In this document: one piece after another, positions 44,654-53,527 of the stretch | Position numbering within the stretch: position 1 is the stretch's first letter | Layout of the letters: every line of letters starts with the position of its first letter | Assembly: GCA_963719225.1 (NCBI GenBank) | Contig: CAVRAY010000001.1 | Location: forward strand, 1,184,001-1,248,000 | DNA from: Thermoanaerobaculia bacterium | GTDB taxonomy: Bacteria > Acidobacteriota > Thermoanaerobaculia > UBA5066 | Direction: 5' to 3' | DNA length: 64,000 nucleotides | Notes under the pieces: generated by a model | What the model saw: the letters and a program-made list of their open reading frames with translations, nothing else | Databases searched by the model: none | Told to the model about the DNA's origin: nothing | Program-made: the position numbers and the translations under genes

Positions 44654-46843
44654 GTGCTGCGCTTCGAGGACATCCTGGAGAAAGTCGAGTCCTACCACCC
44701 CGGCCTGGACGAGGACCTGCTGCGCCGGGCGTACGTCGTCTCGGCCCACGAGCACCGCAACCAGCTCCGCTCCTCGGGCGAGGCCTACCTCGTCCACCCG
44801 CTCAACGTCGCGATGATCCTCGCCGAGATGAAGCTCGACGAGGCGTCGATCGCCGCCGGGCTTCTCCACGACGTTCTCGAGGACACGACCCTCACGAAGG
44901 AACGCCTGTCGGAGCTGTTCGGACCCGACGTGGCCCACCTCGTGGACGGCGTCACGAAGATCGGCAAGTACGCCTACACGTCGAAAGAGGCCCAGCAGGC
45001 CGAGACGTTCCGCAAGATGCTCCTCGCGATGACGGACGACCTCAGGGTCATCCTCGTCAAGCTCGCCGACCGCCTCCACAACATGCGGACTCTCGAGCAC
45101 GTGCCGGAGGCGAAGCAGCGTGCGGCAGCCTCCGAGACGATGGAGATCTACGCGCCCCTCGCGAACCGGCTCGGCATGGGCAAGATGAAAGGGGAGCTCG
45201 AGGATCTCTCGTTCCGCTTCCTTCATCCCGAGGAGTTCTCGGCCCTCCGCGCTGCCGTGGACGAGCGGATGGCGGCCTCGGCCGCGAACGTCGAGAAGAT
45301 CCGCCAGGAGCTCGTCGCCAAGACCGGCGCCATGGGCATCGAAGCCGAGATCACCGGGCGCGTGAAACGCTACTGGTCGATCCGCCAGAAGCTGATCCGC
45401 CAGGCGATTCCTCTCGAGCAGCTCTACGACGTCCTCGCGTTCCGCGTTCTCGTGGACTCGATTCCCGACTGCTACACGGTCCTCGGGATCGTGCACCAGG
45501 TCTGGCGGCCGGTGCCGGGCCGCATCAAGGATTACATCGCGATGCCGAAGCGGAACTTCTACCAGTCCCTCCACACGACGCTCGTCCCGGAGGGTGCGCC
45601 GCCTTTCGAGGTGCAGATCCGCACGCGCGAGATGGACCTCATCGCGGAGAACGGCATCGCGGCGCACTGGAAGTACAAGGAAGGAAAGCCCGTGCGAACG
45701 GACGCGCGGCACGAGGAGCACGTCGGAGTCCTGAGACAGATCCTCGAAACGACGAAGGACGTGTCGGACCCGCGTGAGTTCCTGTCCTCCCTGAGGATCG
45801 ACCTCTATCCGGACGACGTCTACACCTTCAGCCCGAAAGGGGCGGTCTACTCCTTCCCACGCGGTGCGACCCCGGTGGATTTCGCGTACCGGATCCACAC
45901 GGACGTCGGTCACCACTGCGTCGGCGCGCGCCTGAACGGGCGTCTCGTCCCGCTCAAGACGCCGCTCGCGAACGGCGACATCGTGGAGATCCTCACGTCT
46001 CCCTCCGCGCAGCCCTCCCGGGACTGGCTGTCGTTCGCGCTGACGTCGCGCGCGCGGAACAAGATCCGCGCATTCATTCACGTCGCCGAGAAGGAGCAGT
46101 CGATCGAGATCGGCCGCCGCCTTCTCGAGCGGGAGCTCAAGAAGTGGAAGAAAAGTCTCCCGAAGCTCCTCGAGGCGAAGGCTTTCGACCCGTTCCTCGC
46201 CGATTTCGGCGCCGGAAAGGTCGACGACCTGGTCGCGGACGTGGGATCCGGGAAAGTCGCTCCGCGCGCACTCGTCGCGAAGCTGCTGCCGGAGACGGCG
46301 GCGGCCGCTCCGCCCTCTCCCTCGAAGGTCTCGGCGATCTCGAGCGTCGTCCGGCGGGTCCTGCCCTTCGGCGCGGCGGCGGGAATTCGCGTCAAGGGCG
46401 AGAACGACCTGCTTGCGACGCTGGCCCGATGCTGCCAGCCGGTGCCGGGCGATGACATCGTCGGCTACGTGACGCGCGGAAGGGGCGTCTCCGTTCACGC
46501 CACGACCTGCCCGAACGTACGTTCGCTGCTGTTCGACCCGAGCCGCGAGATCCCGGTTGAGTGGGCGACGGCGAAAGACGCTTCCGTCACGGTCGACCTC
46601 GAGATCCGGACCGAAGACCGCCAGGGAATGCTGGCGCGCATCACGCAGGTTCTCTCGGCCGCGAATTCGAACATTCGGTCGATCGAGGCCCGCACGAGCC
46701 TCGACTGCAACGCCTCGATCGAGGCAAGCGTCACGACCCGGGATCGCCGGCACCTCGAGCGGCTGCTCGTCTCGCTCCGCGCCCTCCCCGGCGTGACGGA
46801 CGTGCGGCGCAAGCTCCGCGACTCGGACGCCGAAGCGGGCTGA
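44654..46843 (+). CDS. rel: Bifunctional (p)ppGpp synthetase/hydrolase (long RSH)
   Basis: R.SGE.Y..HP, LHDVLED hydrolase, KLADRLHNMRT, GRVK, YQSLHT, EVQIRT, TGS, CC-P.PGD, ACT. Confidence 0.96.
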   Translation: MLRFEDILEKVESYHPGLDEDLLRRAYVVSAHEHRNQLRSSGEAYLVHPLNVAMILAEMKLDEASIAAGLLHDVLEDTTLTKERLSELFGPDVAHLVDGVTKIGKYAYTSKEAQQAETFRKMLLAMTDDLRVILVKLADRLHNMRTLEHVPEAKQRAAASETMEIYAPLANRLGMGKMKGELEDLSFRFLHPEEFSALRAAVDERMAASAANVEKIRQELVAKTGAMGIEAEITGRVKRYWSIRQKLIRQAIPLEQLYDVLAFRVLVDSIPDCYTVLGIVHQVWRPVPGRIKDYIAMPKRNFYQSLHTTLVPEGAPPFEVQIRTREMDLIAENGIAAHWKYKEGKPVRTDARHEEHVGVLRQILETTKDVSDPREFLSSLRIDLYPDDVYTFSPKGAVYSFPRGATPVDFAYRIHTDVGHHCVGARLNGRLVPLKTPLANGDIVEILTSPSAQPSRDWLSFALTSRARNKIRAFIHVAEKEQSIEIGRRLLERELKKWKKSLPKLLEAKAFDPFLADFGAGKVDDLVADVGSGKVAPRALVAKLLPETAAAAPPSPSKVSAISSVVRRVLPFGAAAGIRVKGENDLLATLARCCQPVPGDDIVGYVTRGRGVSVHATTCPNVRSLLFDPSREIPVEWATAKDASVTVDLEIRTEDRQGMLARITQVLSAANSNIRSIEARTSLDCNASIEASVTTRDRRHLERLLVSLRALPGVTDVRRKLRDSDAEAG

Positions 46844-47029
46844 CTCTCTCCGTCCCAGCCTCGAAGTTTGACGATTTTCCGTGCTGTTTTTTGGAGCGGG
46901 CTCGAGGCGCCGGCCCGCGGGAGGAACGCGCGGCTTCGCCCCTACGCTCGCATCCGCTCCGGCGGGATGGGGCGGACTTATACCAAAGCCTTTGCACAGG
47001 AGCAAGGGAAATCTTGCGGGCCTAACGAC

Positions 47030-47058
47030 TTGACACCCTTCGGGGGGAACTTCAAAAT
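47030..47058 (+). promoter_or_regulatory. Sigma-70 promoter for the pilMNOPQ operon
   Basis: TTGACA-N17-CAAAAT in an AT-richer intergenic region. Confidence 0.6.
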
Positions 47059-47123
47059 AGGGCGAGTCAATCCCTTTTCGCGTCTCGCCCCCGGAGGACC
47101 GGGTCGAGGGAAGGAACCCTATC

Positions 47124-48179
47124 GTGCTGTTCCGAAAGGCGAAAAACCTGGTCGGTCTCGACATCGGCTCGTCCGCCGTGAAGCTCGTGGAGCTCAAAGA
47201 GGGCAAGGAGGGGACGTTCCAGCTCGTCAAGGCGGGCCTCGAAGTCCTCTCGCCCGAGGCGATCGTCGACGGCGCGATCATGGACTCTTCCCTCGTCGTC
47301 GAGACGATCTCGCGTCTGCTCGCGTCGACGGGAGTGAAGAACCCGAACGTGGCTGTCTCGGTGTCCGGGCACTCGGTCATCGTCAAGAAGATCATGCTGC
47401 CCACCATGCCGGAGGAGGAGCTTTCCGAGTCCATCCGGTGGGAAGCCGAGCAGTACGTCCCGTTCGACATCAATGACGTCTACCTCGACTACGTCGTCCT
47501 GGACCCCGGCGCCGTGGGCGAGACCATGGGCGTCCTCCTCGTCGCCGCCAAGAAGGAGAAAGTGGACGACTTCAAGAACGTCGTCACGCAGGCCGGGCGC
47601 ACACCCGCCCTCGTGGACGTGGACGCCTTCGCGCTCCAGAACTGCTACGAGGTGAACTACGGAGCGGATCCGGGGCGTGTCGTGGCGCTCGTGAACGTCG
47701 GAGCCTCCGTCATGAACGTGAACATCCTCTCGCAGGGCCAGACGGTCTTCTGGCGCGACATCACGTTCGGCGGGAACCAGTTCACCGACGCCCTTCAGAA
47801 GGCCTACTCCCTCAATTTCGAGCAAGCCGAGTCTCTGAAGAAGGGGGAGCCGGTCGCGGGCCAGACGGCCCAGACGATCCAGCCCGTCCTCACGGGAGTG
47901 GCCGAAGATGCGGCAGCCGAGCTGCAGAAGACTCTGGATTTCTTCCAGGCCACCTCCGGCGCGGATCGCGTGGACTCGATCATGATTTCCGGCGGCGGCG
48001 CGAAGGCCGCCCACCTCGAGGACGTCCTGAAGGACAAGTTCGGGCTCCCCGTGGAGGTCCTGAACCCTTTCCGGTCGATCTTCACGGACGATCGCGCGGT
48101 CGACGCCGCCTGGCTCTCCGAGGCGTCGCCGGCGCTCGCGATCGCCGTGGGCCTCGGCGTGAGGAAGATCGGGGAGTAG
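47124..48179 (+). CDS. pilM: Type IV pilus assembly protein PilM
   Basis: GLDIGSSAVKLVEL, WEAEQYVPFD, DVDAFAL.N, FGG..FT, SGGGA, AVGL. Confidence 0.95.
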   Translation: MLFRKAKNLVGLDIGSSAVKLVELKEGKEGTFQLVKAGLEVLSPEAIVDGAIMDSSLVVETISRLLASTGVKNPNVAVSVSGHSVIVKKIMLPTMPEEELSESIRWEAEQYVPFDINDVYLDYVVLDPGAVGETMGVLLVAAKKEKVDDFKNVVTQAGRTPALVDVDAFALQNCYEVNYGADPGRVVALVNVGASVMNVNILSQGQTVFWRDITFGGNQFTDALQKAYSLNFEQAESLKKGEPVAGQTAQTIQPVLTGVAEDAAAELQKTLDFFQATSGADRVDSIMISGGGAKAAHLEDVLKDKFGLPVEVLNPFRSIFTDDRAVDAAWLSEASPALAIAVGLGVRKIGE

Positions 48180-48183
48180 CGGC

Positions 48184-48852
48184 ATGATTCGCATCAACCT
48201 CCTCGCCGAAGCCCGGCCGCAGCGCAAGAAGAAGGGTGTCGCCGCCCTCGGGGGCGCCGGGCGGCTCAACACGCTCCTCATGGGAGGCGTGATCGGCCTG
48301 GCCATCCTCATCGGCATCGTGCATTACTGGGTGCTCCGTTCCCAGATCAAGGCCCAGGAAGAGAAGATCCGGATCGCCCAGATCGAAGTCGCGCGCCTCG
48401 AAGCCGTCCTCAAGGAAGTGAAGGATTACGAGGCGAAGAAAGCCCGCGTCCAGCGCAAGGTCGACCTCATCAACCAGCTCAAGCAGAACCAGCGCGGTCC
48501 GGTGCGTCTCATGGACGAGGTTTCGAAGGCGCTCCCCGACCTCGTCTGGCTCGAACGCATGGACTACCACGGCACCACGATCTCCATCGACGGCAAGGCC
48601 TTCAATCCGCCCGCGGTCGCGAACTTCGTGGCGAATCTCAAGCTCGTGCCCTCTTTCCAGGAGCCGAAAGTGGAGTTCACGGCCTGCAGCGGGCCAGGCG
48701 GCTCGGCGCTCTATTGCTTCAAGACGAATTTCGGATTCTCGAACACAGACCGTACGCAGCCCGACAGCGGCGCCGCGAGGGCCGCCGAGCCGGCTCAAGC
48801 GCCGCAACCGACCGAGACGCCGAAGCCGGCCGGAAAGCCGAAGAAGGTCTAG
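48184..48852 (+). CDS. pilN: Type IV pilus assembly protein PilN
   Basis: MIRINLL, TM, coiled coil, LP..VWL. Confidence 0.92.
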   Translation: MIRINLLAEARPQRKKKGVAALGGAGRLNTLLMGGVIGLAILIGIVHYWVLRSQIKAQEEKIRIAQIEVARLEAVLKEVKDYEAKKARVQRKVDLINQLKQNQRGPVRLMDEVSKALPDLVWLERMDYHGTTISIDGKAFNPPAVANFVANLKLVPSFQEPKVEFTACSGPGGSALYCFKTNFGFSNTDRTQPDSGAARAAEPAQAPQPTETPKPAGKPKKV

Positions 48853-48861
48853 GGGAAAGCC

Positions 48862-49527
48862 ATGGCGACGCTCGACCTCAAACAGCTCGAAGGGAAGCCC
48901 TGGTACTACGGGCTGGGTATCGGCCTGGGCGTCGCCCTCGCGCTCTACGCCGCCGCCTACTACCAGCTTCCGAACTTCAGCGAGATGAAGCAGACGCTGG
49001 AGAACAAGAAGAACGAGCTCGACCAGCTGAACCAGAAGATCACGCAGGGCCGCGCCGCCGAGCGCCGCCTGCCGCAGCTGCGGGAGGAAGTCCGCCGGAC
49101 CGAGCTCGATCTGCAGCGGCTTCTTCAGATCCTTCCGACGGCGCGCAACGCCGAGGAGCTCATCAAGAAGATCCAGGCGCTCGCGGGACAAGGTGAGTTC
49201 TTCCTCAAGAAGTGGACGCCGAAGGAGTACATCAACAGGGACTTCTACGCGGAGTGGCCCATCGACCTCCAGATCGACGGGACCTACCACAATCTCGCGC
49301 TTTTCTTCGAGAAGGTGGCGCGGTTCTCCCGGATCATCAATATCGAGGATCTGGTCATGACCGGCTATCCGGACGCGGCCGGAGGCCGCACGCTCGGGGC
49401 GACGTTCTCGATGAAGACATTCATTTATCTCGGCGACACGGAGGCGGCGACGCCTGCGGCGGCCGGGCCGAAGAAGGCGGCTCCTCCCCCCGGCGCCAAG
49501 AAGAAAGCCGCAGGGCTCGAGGGATGA
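48862..49527 (+). CDS. pilO: Type IV pilus assembly protein PilO
   Basis: TM, coiled coil, LP, FYAEWPI...GTYH.L..FF.KV....RIINI. Confidence 0.92.
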   Translation: MATLDLKQLEGKPWYYGLGIGLGVALALYAAAYYQLPNFSEMKQTLENKKNELDQLNQKITQGRAAERRLPQLREEVRRTELDLQRLLQILPTARNAEELIKKIQALAGQGEFFLKKWTPKEYINRDFYAEWPIDLQIDGTYHNLALFFEKVARFSRIINIEDLVMTGYPDAAGGRTLGATFSMKTFIYLGDTEAATPAAAGPKKAAPPPGAKKKAAGLEG

Positions 49528-50048
49528 GCGCGCGTCGTCTCCTCGCCGCGATCGCACTGCCGGCCTTGCTCCTGGCAGCGCCTGCGCCGTCGCGCGCCCA
49601 GGCCCCGCCCGCCACCTCGGCCGCTCCGGCTCCCGCGACCGCTGCGGCTGCCGCTCCTGCTCCGGGAGCTCCGGGCAAGGTCACCGAGCAGGATTTCACC
49701 CCGTCCGTCTACACGTACGAGGTTGCCGGACGGCGGGACCCCTTCCGCTCGCTGCTCGTGCGAAACCCGTCGGACAAGGATCGTGTGCGCCCGCCGGGCC
49801 TCGCGGGGGTCATGGTGGACGAGCTCGAGCTCCAGGGCACGATCAAGGTCAAGCAGGGCTGGGTCGCGATGATGCGCGGCCCGGACAACAAATCGCACCT
49901 CGTCCGCAAAGGGACGACGCTCTTCGACGGCGAGGTCATCGAAGTGTCGGCAACGGAAGTGACGTTCCGTCAGAACGTGAACGATCCGACGAACCCCAAG
50001 CCTTTCCGGGAAGTGGTCAAGGCGCTCTCACTCCATAAGAAGTCGTGA
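49524..50048 (+). CDS. pilP: PilP-like pilus assembly protein (no lipobox)
   Basis: Y....RRDPF.SL, L.L.G.I....W.A....PD.K.H.V..G..G.V..V; position between pilO and pilQ. Confidence 0.8.
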   Translation: MSARRLLAAIALPALLLAAPAPSRAQAPPATSAAPAPATAAAAAPAPGAPGKVTEQDFTPSVYTYEVAGRRDPFRSLLVRNPSDKDRVRPPGLAGVMVDELELQGTIKVKQGWVAMMRGPDNKSHLVRKGTTLFDGEVIEVSATEVTFRQNVNDPTNPKPFREVVKALSLHKKS

Positions 50049-50134
50049 CCGAAGGGATGTCCATGACGACGAAGCTGATGGGCACTAGGAACTCGAAGGG
50101 CACGGGAGACCTCGTGCCGTCCGGGGGAGGAAGC

Positions 50135-52909
50135 ATGCGGCGGAACCGAAGGGGATCGATGTCCCGTTTCGCGGCGCTCGCGCTGGTCGGCGCCGTGCTC
50201 GGCGGCTGCGCCTCGCGCAGCGACCGCGTCGCCTCCGGAAACCCGTCCGCAACCGGCATGCCTGCAAACGGCGTTGCGCCAGCGACGCTCACGGGGGCCA
50301 CCCTCCTGACCGACGGAGAAACGCCTCGGCTCCTCCTCAGCGGCAACGGCCCTCTCTCTCCGACGCTTTACAACCGCGAAGGCTCGACGAAGGTCGTCGT
50401 CGACATCGCGAACGCGGTCGTGTCCCCGGGTCTCGAGCCCCCGCGCGCCGACGGTGTGGTTCTGTCGCGCCTCGACATGAAGTCGTTCACCGAGATGGGG
50501 AAGCCCCACATCCAGTTCGAGCTGACGGGACGGTCGCCGCTCGCCCCTGCGATCACATCGGAATCCGGCTCGCCGGCGATGGCGATCGCGCTCGGAAAAG
50601 CCGCTCCAACGGCGGCCGTGCCGGACCTGAAAGTGGCGTCCGCGGCTCTGCCCGCGCCGGCTCCCGTCGCGCCGGCTCCGGCCGAACCAACGGTCAAGGT
50701 CGAGGACGTGGCGGCTGACATGCGCGCCTCCGCTCCCCCTCCCGCGACCGTTTCGGCGCCCCCTCTCGTGATCGCCGGAGCGGACCAGCCGCCGGTGCCC
50801 GTCCGCCACGCCGCGACCGGCCGCGCCGCGACGCGCCTGTCGGCCGTGGGTGTCCACGTTTCGGATGGCAAGCTCGTCGCGACGCTGGCGGGCAACGGAA
50901 GCTTCACGTACGAGACGTTCGCTCTCCAGAACCCGCCGCGCTACGTCGTGGATCTTCCGGGCGTTCTGCTCGCCATGCCGAAACGGGCCCAGGACGTCAA
51001 GCATTCCGCCGTGAGCCGCGTTCGCGTCTCGCAGTTCAAGGCCGGTCCCGAGCCCGTGACGCGCGTCGTGTTCGACCTTGCGTCTCCTTCCGAGCCCGCG
51101 GCGAAGGCTTCGCCCTCGGCGCTTGCGCTCGTCTTCGGAAGCAGCGCCACGAGCGCCTCGTCGGGCAAGAGCGCCTCCGCATCCATGAGCGCCTCCGGTA
51201 ACGCCCCGGCGGTCGCTCCGGCGGCCGCGAAGGCCCCCGAGCCGCAGCCGGCGATCGTGCGCGCCGCGCCCGAAAAGATCGCGGCGGCGCCCCCCGTGCC
51301 AGCCGCTGCCTCGTACGAGAAGCACGAGGTCGACGACCCGAAAGAGCCCGTCGTGAGCGAGGGCCGCGCTCTCGACGTGACGACGTCCGCAGCCCCATCG
51401 AGGCCCGCGGCTTCGGCCGCTCAAATAGAGGCTCCGGCCGTCGCGACGCTTTCGGCCCCGAAACCCGAAGCGACGCGTCTCGTGCAGGCGTCGCCCGAGG
51501 TCCACGAGGTGAAGTCTCCGCCTTCGGCACCCGCGCCTCCCACCCGGTCGGCCTCTGCCGAGCCGCGCCGGAAAAAAGTCGCGACGGCCGAGGACAAGGC
51601 CCTGATCGAGGCGGCCGAGGCCCTTCTCGTCCAGCAGGACGGGTCCTCGCGTCCCCGCGAGATTGCGAATCCCTACGAGACCCGCACGCTCGGCTCGGGC
51701 GACAAGCAGTACACCGGCGAGCCCATCACCCTCAATCTCAAGGACGCCGACATCAAGGACACGCTCCAGCGGTTCAGCGAGCTGACGCAGCTGAACATCG
51801 TCCTCGATCCGGATGTGCGTGGAACGGTCACCGTGAGCCTGCAAGACATCCCCTGGGACCAGGCGCTCGAGCTGATCCTCAAGATCAACCAGCTCGGGTA
51901 CGTGCTCGAGGGGAACATCATGCGGATCGCGTCCACGACCAAGCTCACGCAGGAGGAAAACGCGAGGCAGCAGTTCCTTCTGGCGCAGGACAAGAACCGC
52001 CCGCTCAGGACCGTGCTCCAGAAGATCTCGTACGCGAACGCGAATGAAATGGCCGCTACGGCGCGCAAGGTCATGTCGGCGCGCGGCGACATCTTCATCG
52101 ACGCGCGTTCGAACACGCTCATCATCAAGGAGCTCCCCGACTACCTCCCGACGGTCCTCGATCTCATCAAGAACCTGGATATCGCGAGCCCACAGGTCAT
52201 GATCGAGGCGCGGATCGTCGAGGCAAACCGCACGTTCTCGAACGAAGTCGGCATCGTGTGGGGCTTCACCGGCGTCGCCGACGCCTCGCACGGCAACACG
52301 ACCGGCCTCGTCTTCCCGAACGCGGGCAACGTCGCCGGCAACGTCTCGCTTCCCAGCGGAGCGCCCCAGGTCCTGAGGCTCAGCCTCGCGAACGTCCTCG
52401 ACACGTTCCATCTCGACGCTTCGCTCCACGCGGCCGAGTCGCGCGGCCTCGTCAAGGTCATCTCGACACCGAAGGTCCAGACGCAGACCGGCGAGGAAGC
52501 GTCGATCCAGTCGGGCTTCCAGATCCCCGTCCAGACGACCGTGAACAACACGACGTCGGTCCTCTACATCAACGCGACGCTCCGGCTCGACGTCACGCCT
52601 CAGATCACGAACGAAGGCACCGTCATCATGAACATCACGATCCAGAAACGTGAGCCGGCGGTCGGCATCAACATCGCGGGAGGGCAGAACATCCCTCTCA
52701 CGACGCGCGACGCCAAGACGCGGCTCATGGTACGCGACGGCGGCACGGCCGTGATCGGCGGAATCTTCAAGATCACCACGAACGACGGGCAGTCGATGAT
52801 CCCAGGCCTTTGGAAAATACCGATCCTCGGCAATCTGTTCAGGAGCCGGACTCAGACGGAGAGCACGGACGAGCTCATGATTTTCATCACGCCGCGGATC
52901 ATTCGGTGA
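50135..52909 (+). CDS. pilQ: Type IV pilus secretin PilQ with two AMIN domains and an N-terminal lipobox
   Basis: GGAGG RBS; LGGC lipobox; F.LQNPPRYVVDLPG AMIN; YTGEPITLNLKDADI, VPW-like IPWDQAL, QVMIEARIVE, IP.L.KIPILG.LF, ELMIFITPRII. Confidence 0.95.
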   Translation: MRRNRRGSMSRFAALALVGAVLGGCASRSDRVASGNPSATGMPANGVAPATLTGATLLTDGETPRLLLSGNGPLSPTLYNREGSTKVVVDIANAVVSPGLEPPRADGVVLSRLDMKSFTEMGKPHIQFELTGRSPLAPAITSESGSPAMAIALGKAAPTAAVPDLKVASAALPAPAPVAPAPAEPTVKVEDVAADMRASAPPPATVSAPPLVIAGADQPPVPVRHAATGRAATRLSAVGVHVSDGKLVATLAGNGSFTYETFALQNPPRYVVDLPGVLLAMPKRAQDVKHSAVSRVRVSQFKAGPEPVTRVVFDLASPSEPAAKASPSALALVFGSSATSASSGKSASASMSASGNAPAVAPAAAKAPEPQPAIVRAAPEKIAAAPPVPAAASYEKHEVDDPKEPVVSEGRALDVTTSAAPSRPAASAAQIEAPAVATLSAPKPEATRLVQASPEVHEVKSPPSAPAPPTRSASAEPRRKKVATAEDKALIEAAEALLVQQDGSSRPREIANPYETRTLGSGDKQYTGEPITLNLKDADIKDTLQRFSELTQLNIVLDPDVRGTVTVSLQDIPWDQALELILKINQLGYVLEGNIMRIASTTKLTQEENARQQFLLAQDKNRPLRTVLQKISYANANEMAATARKVMSARGDIFIDARSNTLIIKELPDYLPTVLDLIKNLDIASPQVMIEARIVEANRTFSNEVGIVWGFTGVADASHGNTTGLVFPNAGNVAGNVSLPSGAPQVLRLSLANVLDTFHLDASLHAAESRGLVKVISTPKVQTQTGEEASIQSGFQIPVQTTVNNTTSVLYINATLRLDVTPQITNEGTVIMNITIQKREPAVGINIAGGQNIPLTTRDAKTRLMVRDGGTAVIGGIFKITTNDGQSMIPGLWKIPILGNLFRSRTQTESTDELMIFITPRIIR

Positions 52910-52920
52910 GGAGCGAACTG

Positions 52921-53514
52921 ATGAAGAAGCGCTTTTTCACTTTCGCCGCCATCCTCGCTGTGCTCGCGGCCGCCGCGCTCCCCGGCTGCTCGACGAACAC
53001 GCAGGGCGACAGCGCCTCGCCGGTCTTCCTCGCGGGCGATTTCACGCTCCTGCCCCTCCAGAAGTGCGTGAACGACAATACGCCGCTTCAGTTCCAGACG
53101 ACCACGCTCCGGAATCGCCTCAAGAACCCGATCACGAGCTCGATACAGTTTCTCGACGTCCAGATCGACTCCTACTTCGTCGTCTGGAAGCGCATCGACG
53201 GTGGGACGACCGCGTCGCCCACTCAGCAATTCGGCGGCAACCTGATCGTTCCGGCGAACGGACAGTCCACTCTGACGAACTATCCCTTCATGTCGGCGGA
53301 CAGCCTCATCCGCCCGCCGCTCGACCAGCTCTTCCCGTTCAACGGCGGCGTCGACAAGGAGACGGGACGGGCGGAGATCCGCCAGGCCGGAAACGTCACG
53401 TGGTACGGCCACACGTTTGCCGGGCAGGCCGTCGTCTCGGACGTGGCGACTTTCGACATGATCTTCATCTTCTGCGGGTCCACCGGGCGTATCGAGGCGA
53501 AGCGTGCCCAGTGA
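52921..53514 (+). CDS. Hypothetical beta-rich lipoprotein
   Basis: MKKRFF...AALPGC lipobox; GAGGAG RBS; directly after pilQ. Confidence 0.8.
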   Translation: MKKRFFTFAAILAVLAAAALPGCSTNTQGDSASPVFLAGDFTLLPLQKCVNDNTPLQFQTTTLRNRLKNPITSSIQFLDVQIDSYFVVWKRIDGGTTASPTQQFGGNLIVPANGQSTLTNYPFMSADSLIRPPLDQLFPFNGGVDKETGRAEIRQAGNVTWYGHTFAGQAVVSDVATFDMIFIFCGSTGRIEAKRAQ

Positions 53515-53527
53515 CGAGGTGACTTCC

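Noticed and set aside
46844-47123. Possible c-di-GMP-I riboswitch or sRNA upstream of pilM (CAAAGCC...GGGCCTAA)
   Set aside because: The GGCAAAC..GAAA..GGGACGCAAA architecture and spacing are absent; needs an Infernal/Rfam scan, unsupported by eye.
50560-51600. Pro/Ala-rich low-complexity stretches in pilQ (also 56100-56700)
   Set aside because: Protein linkers without exact nucleotide tandem repeats.
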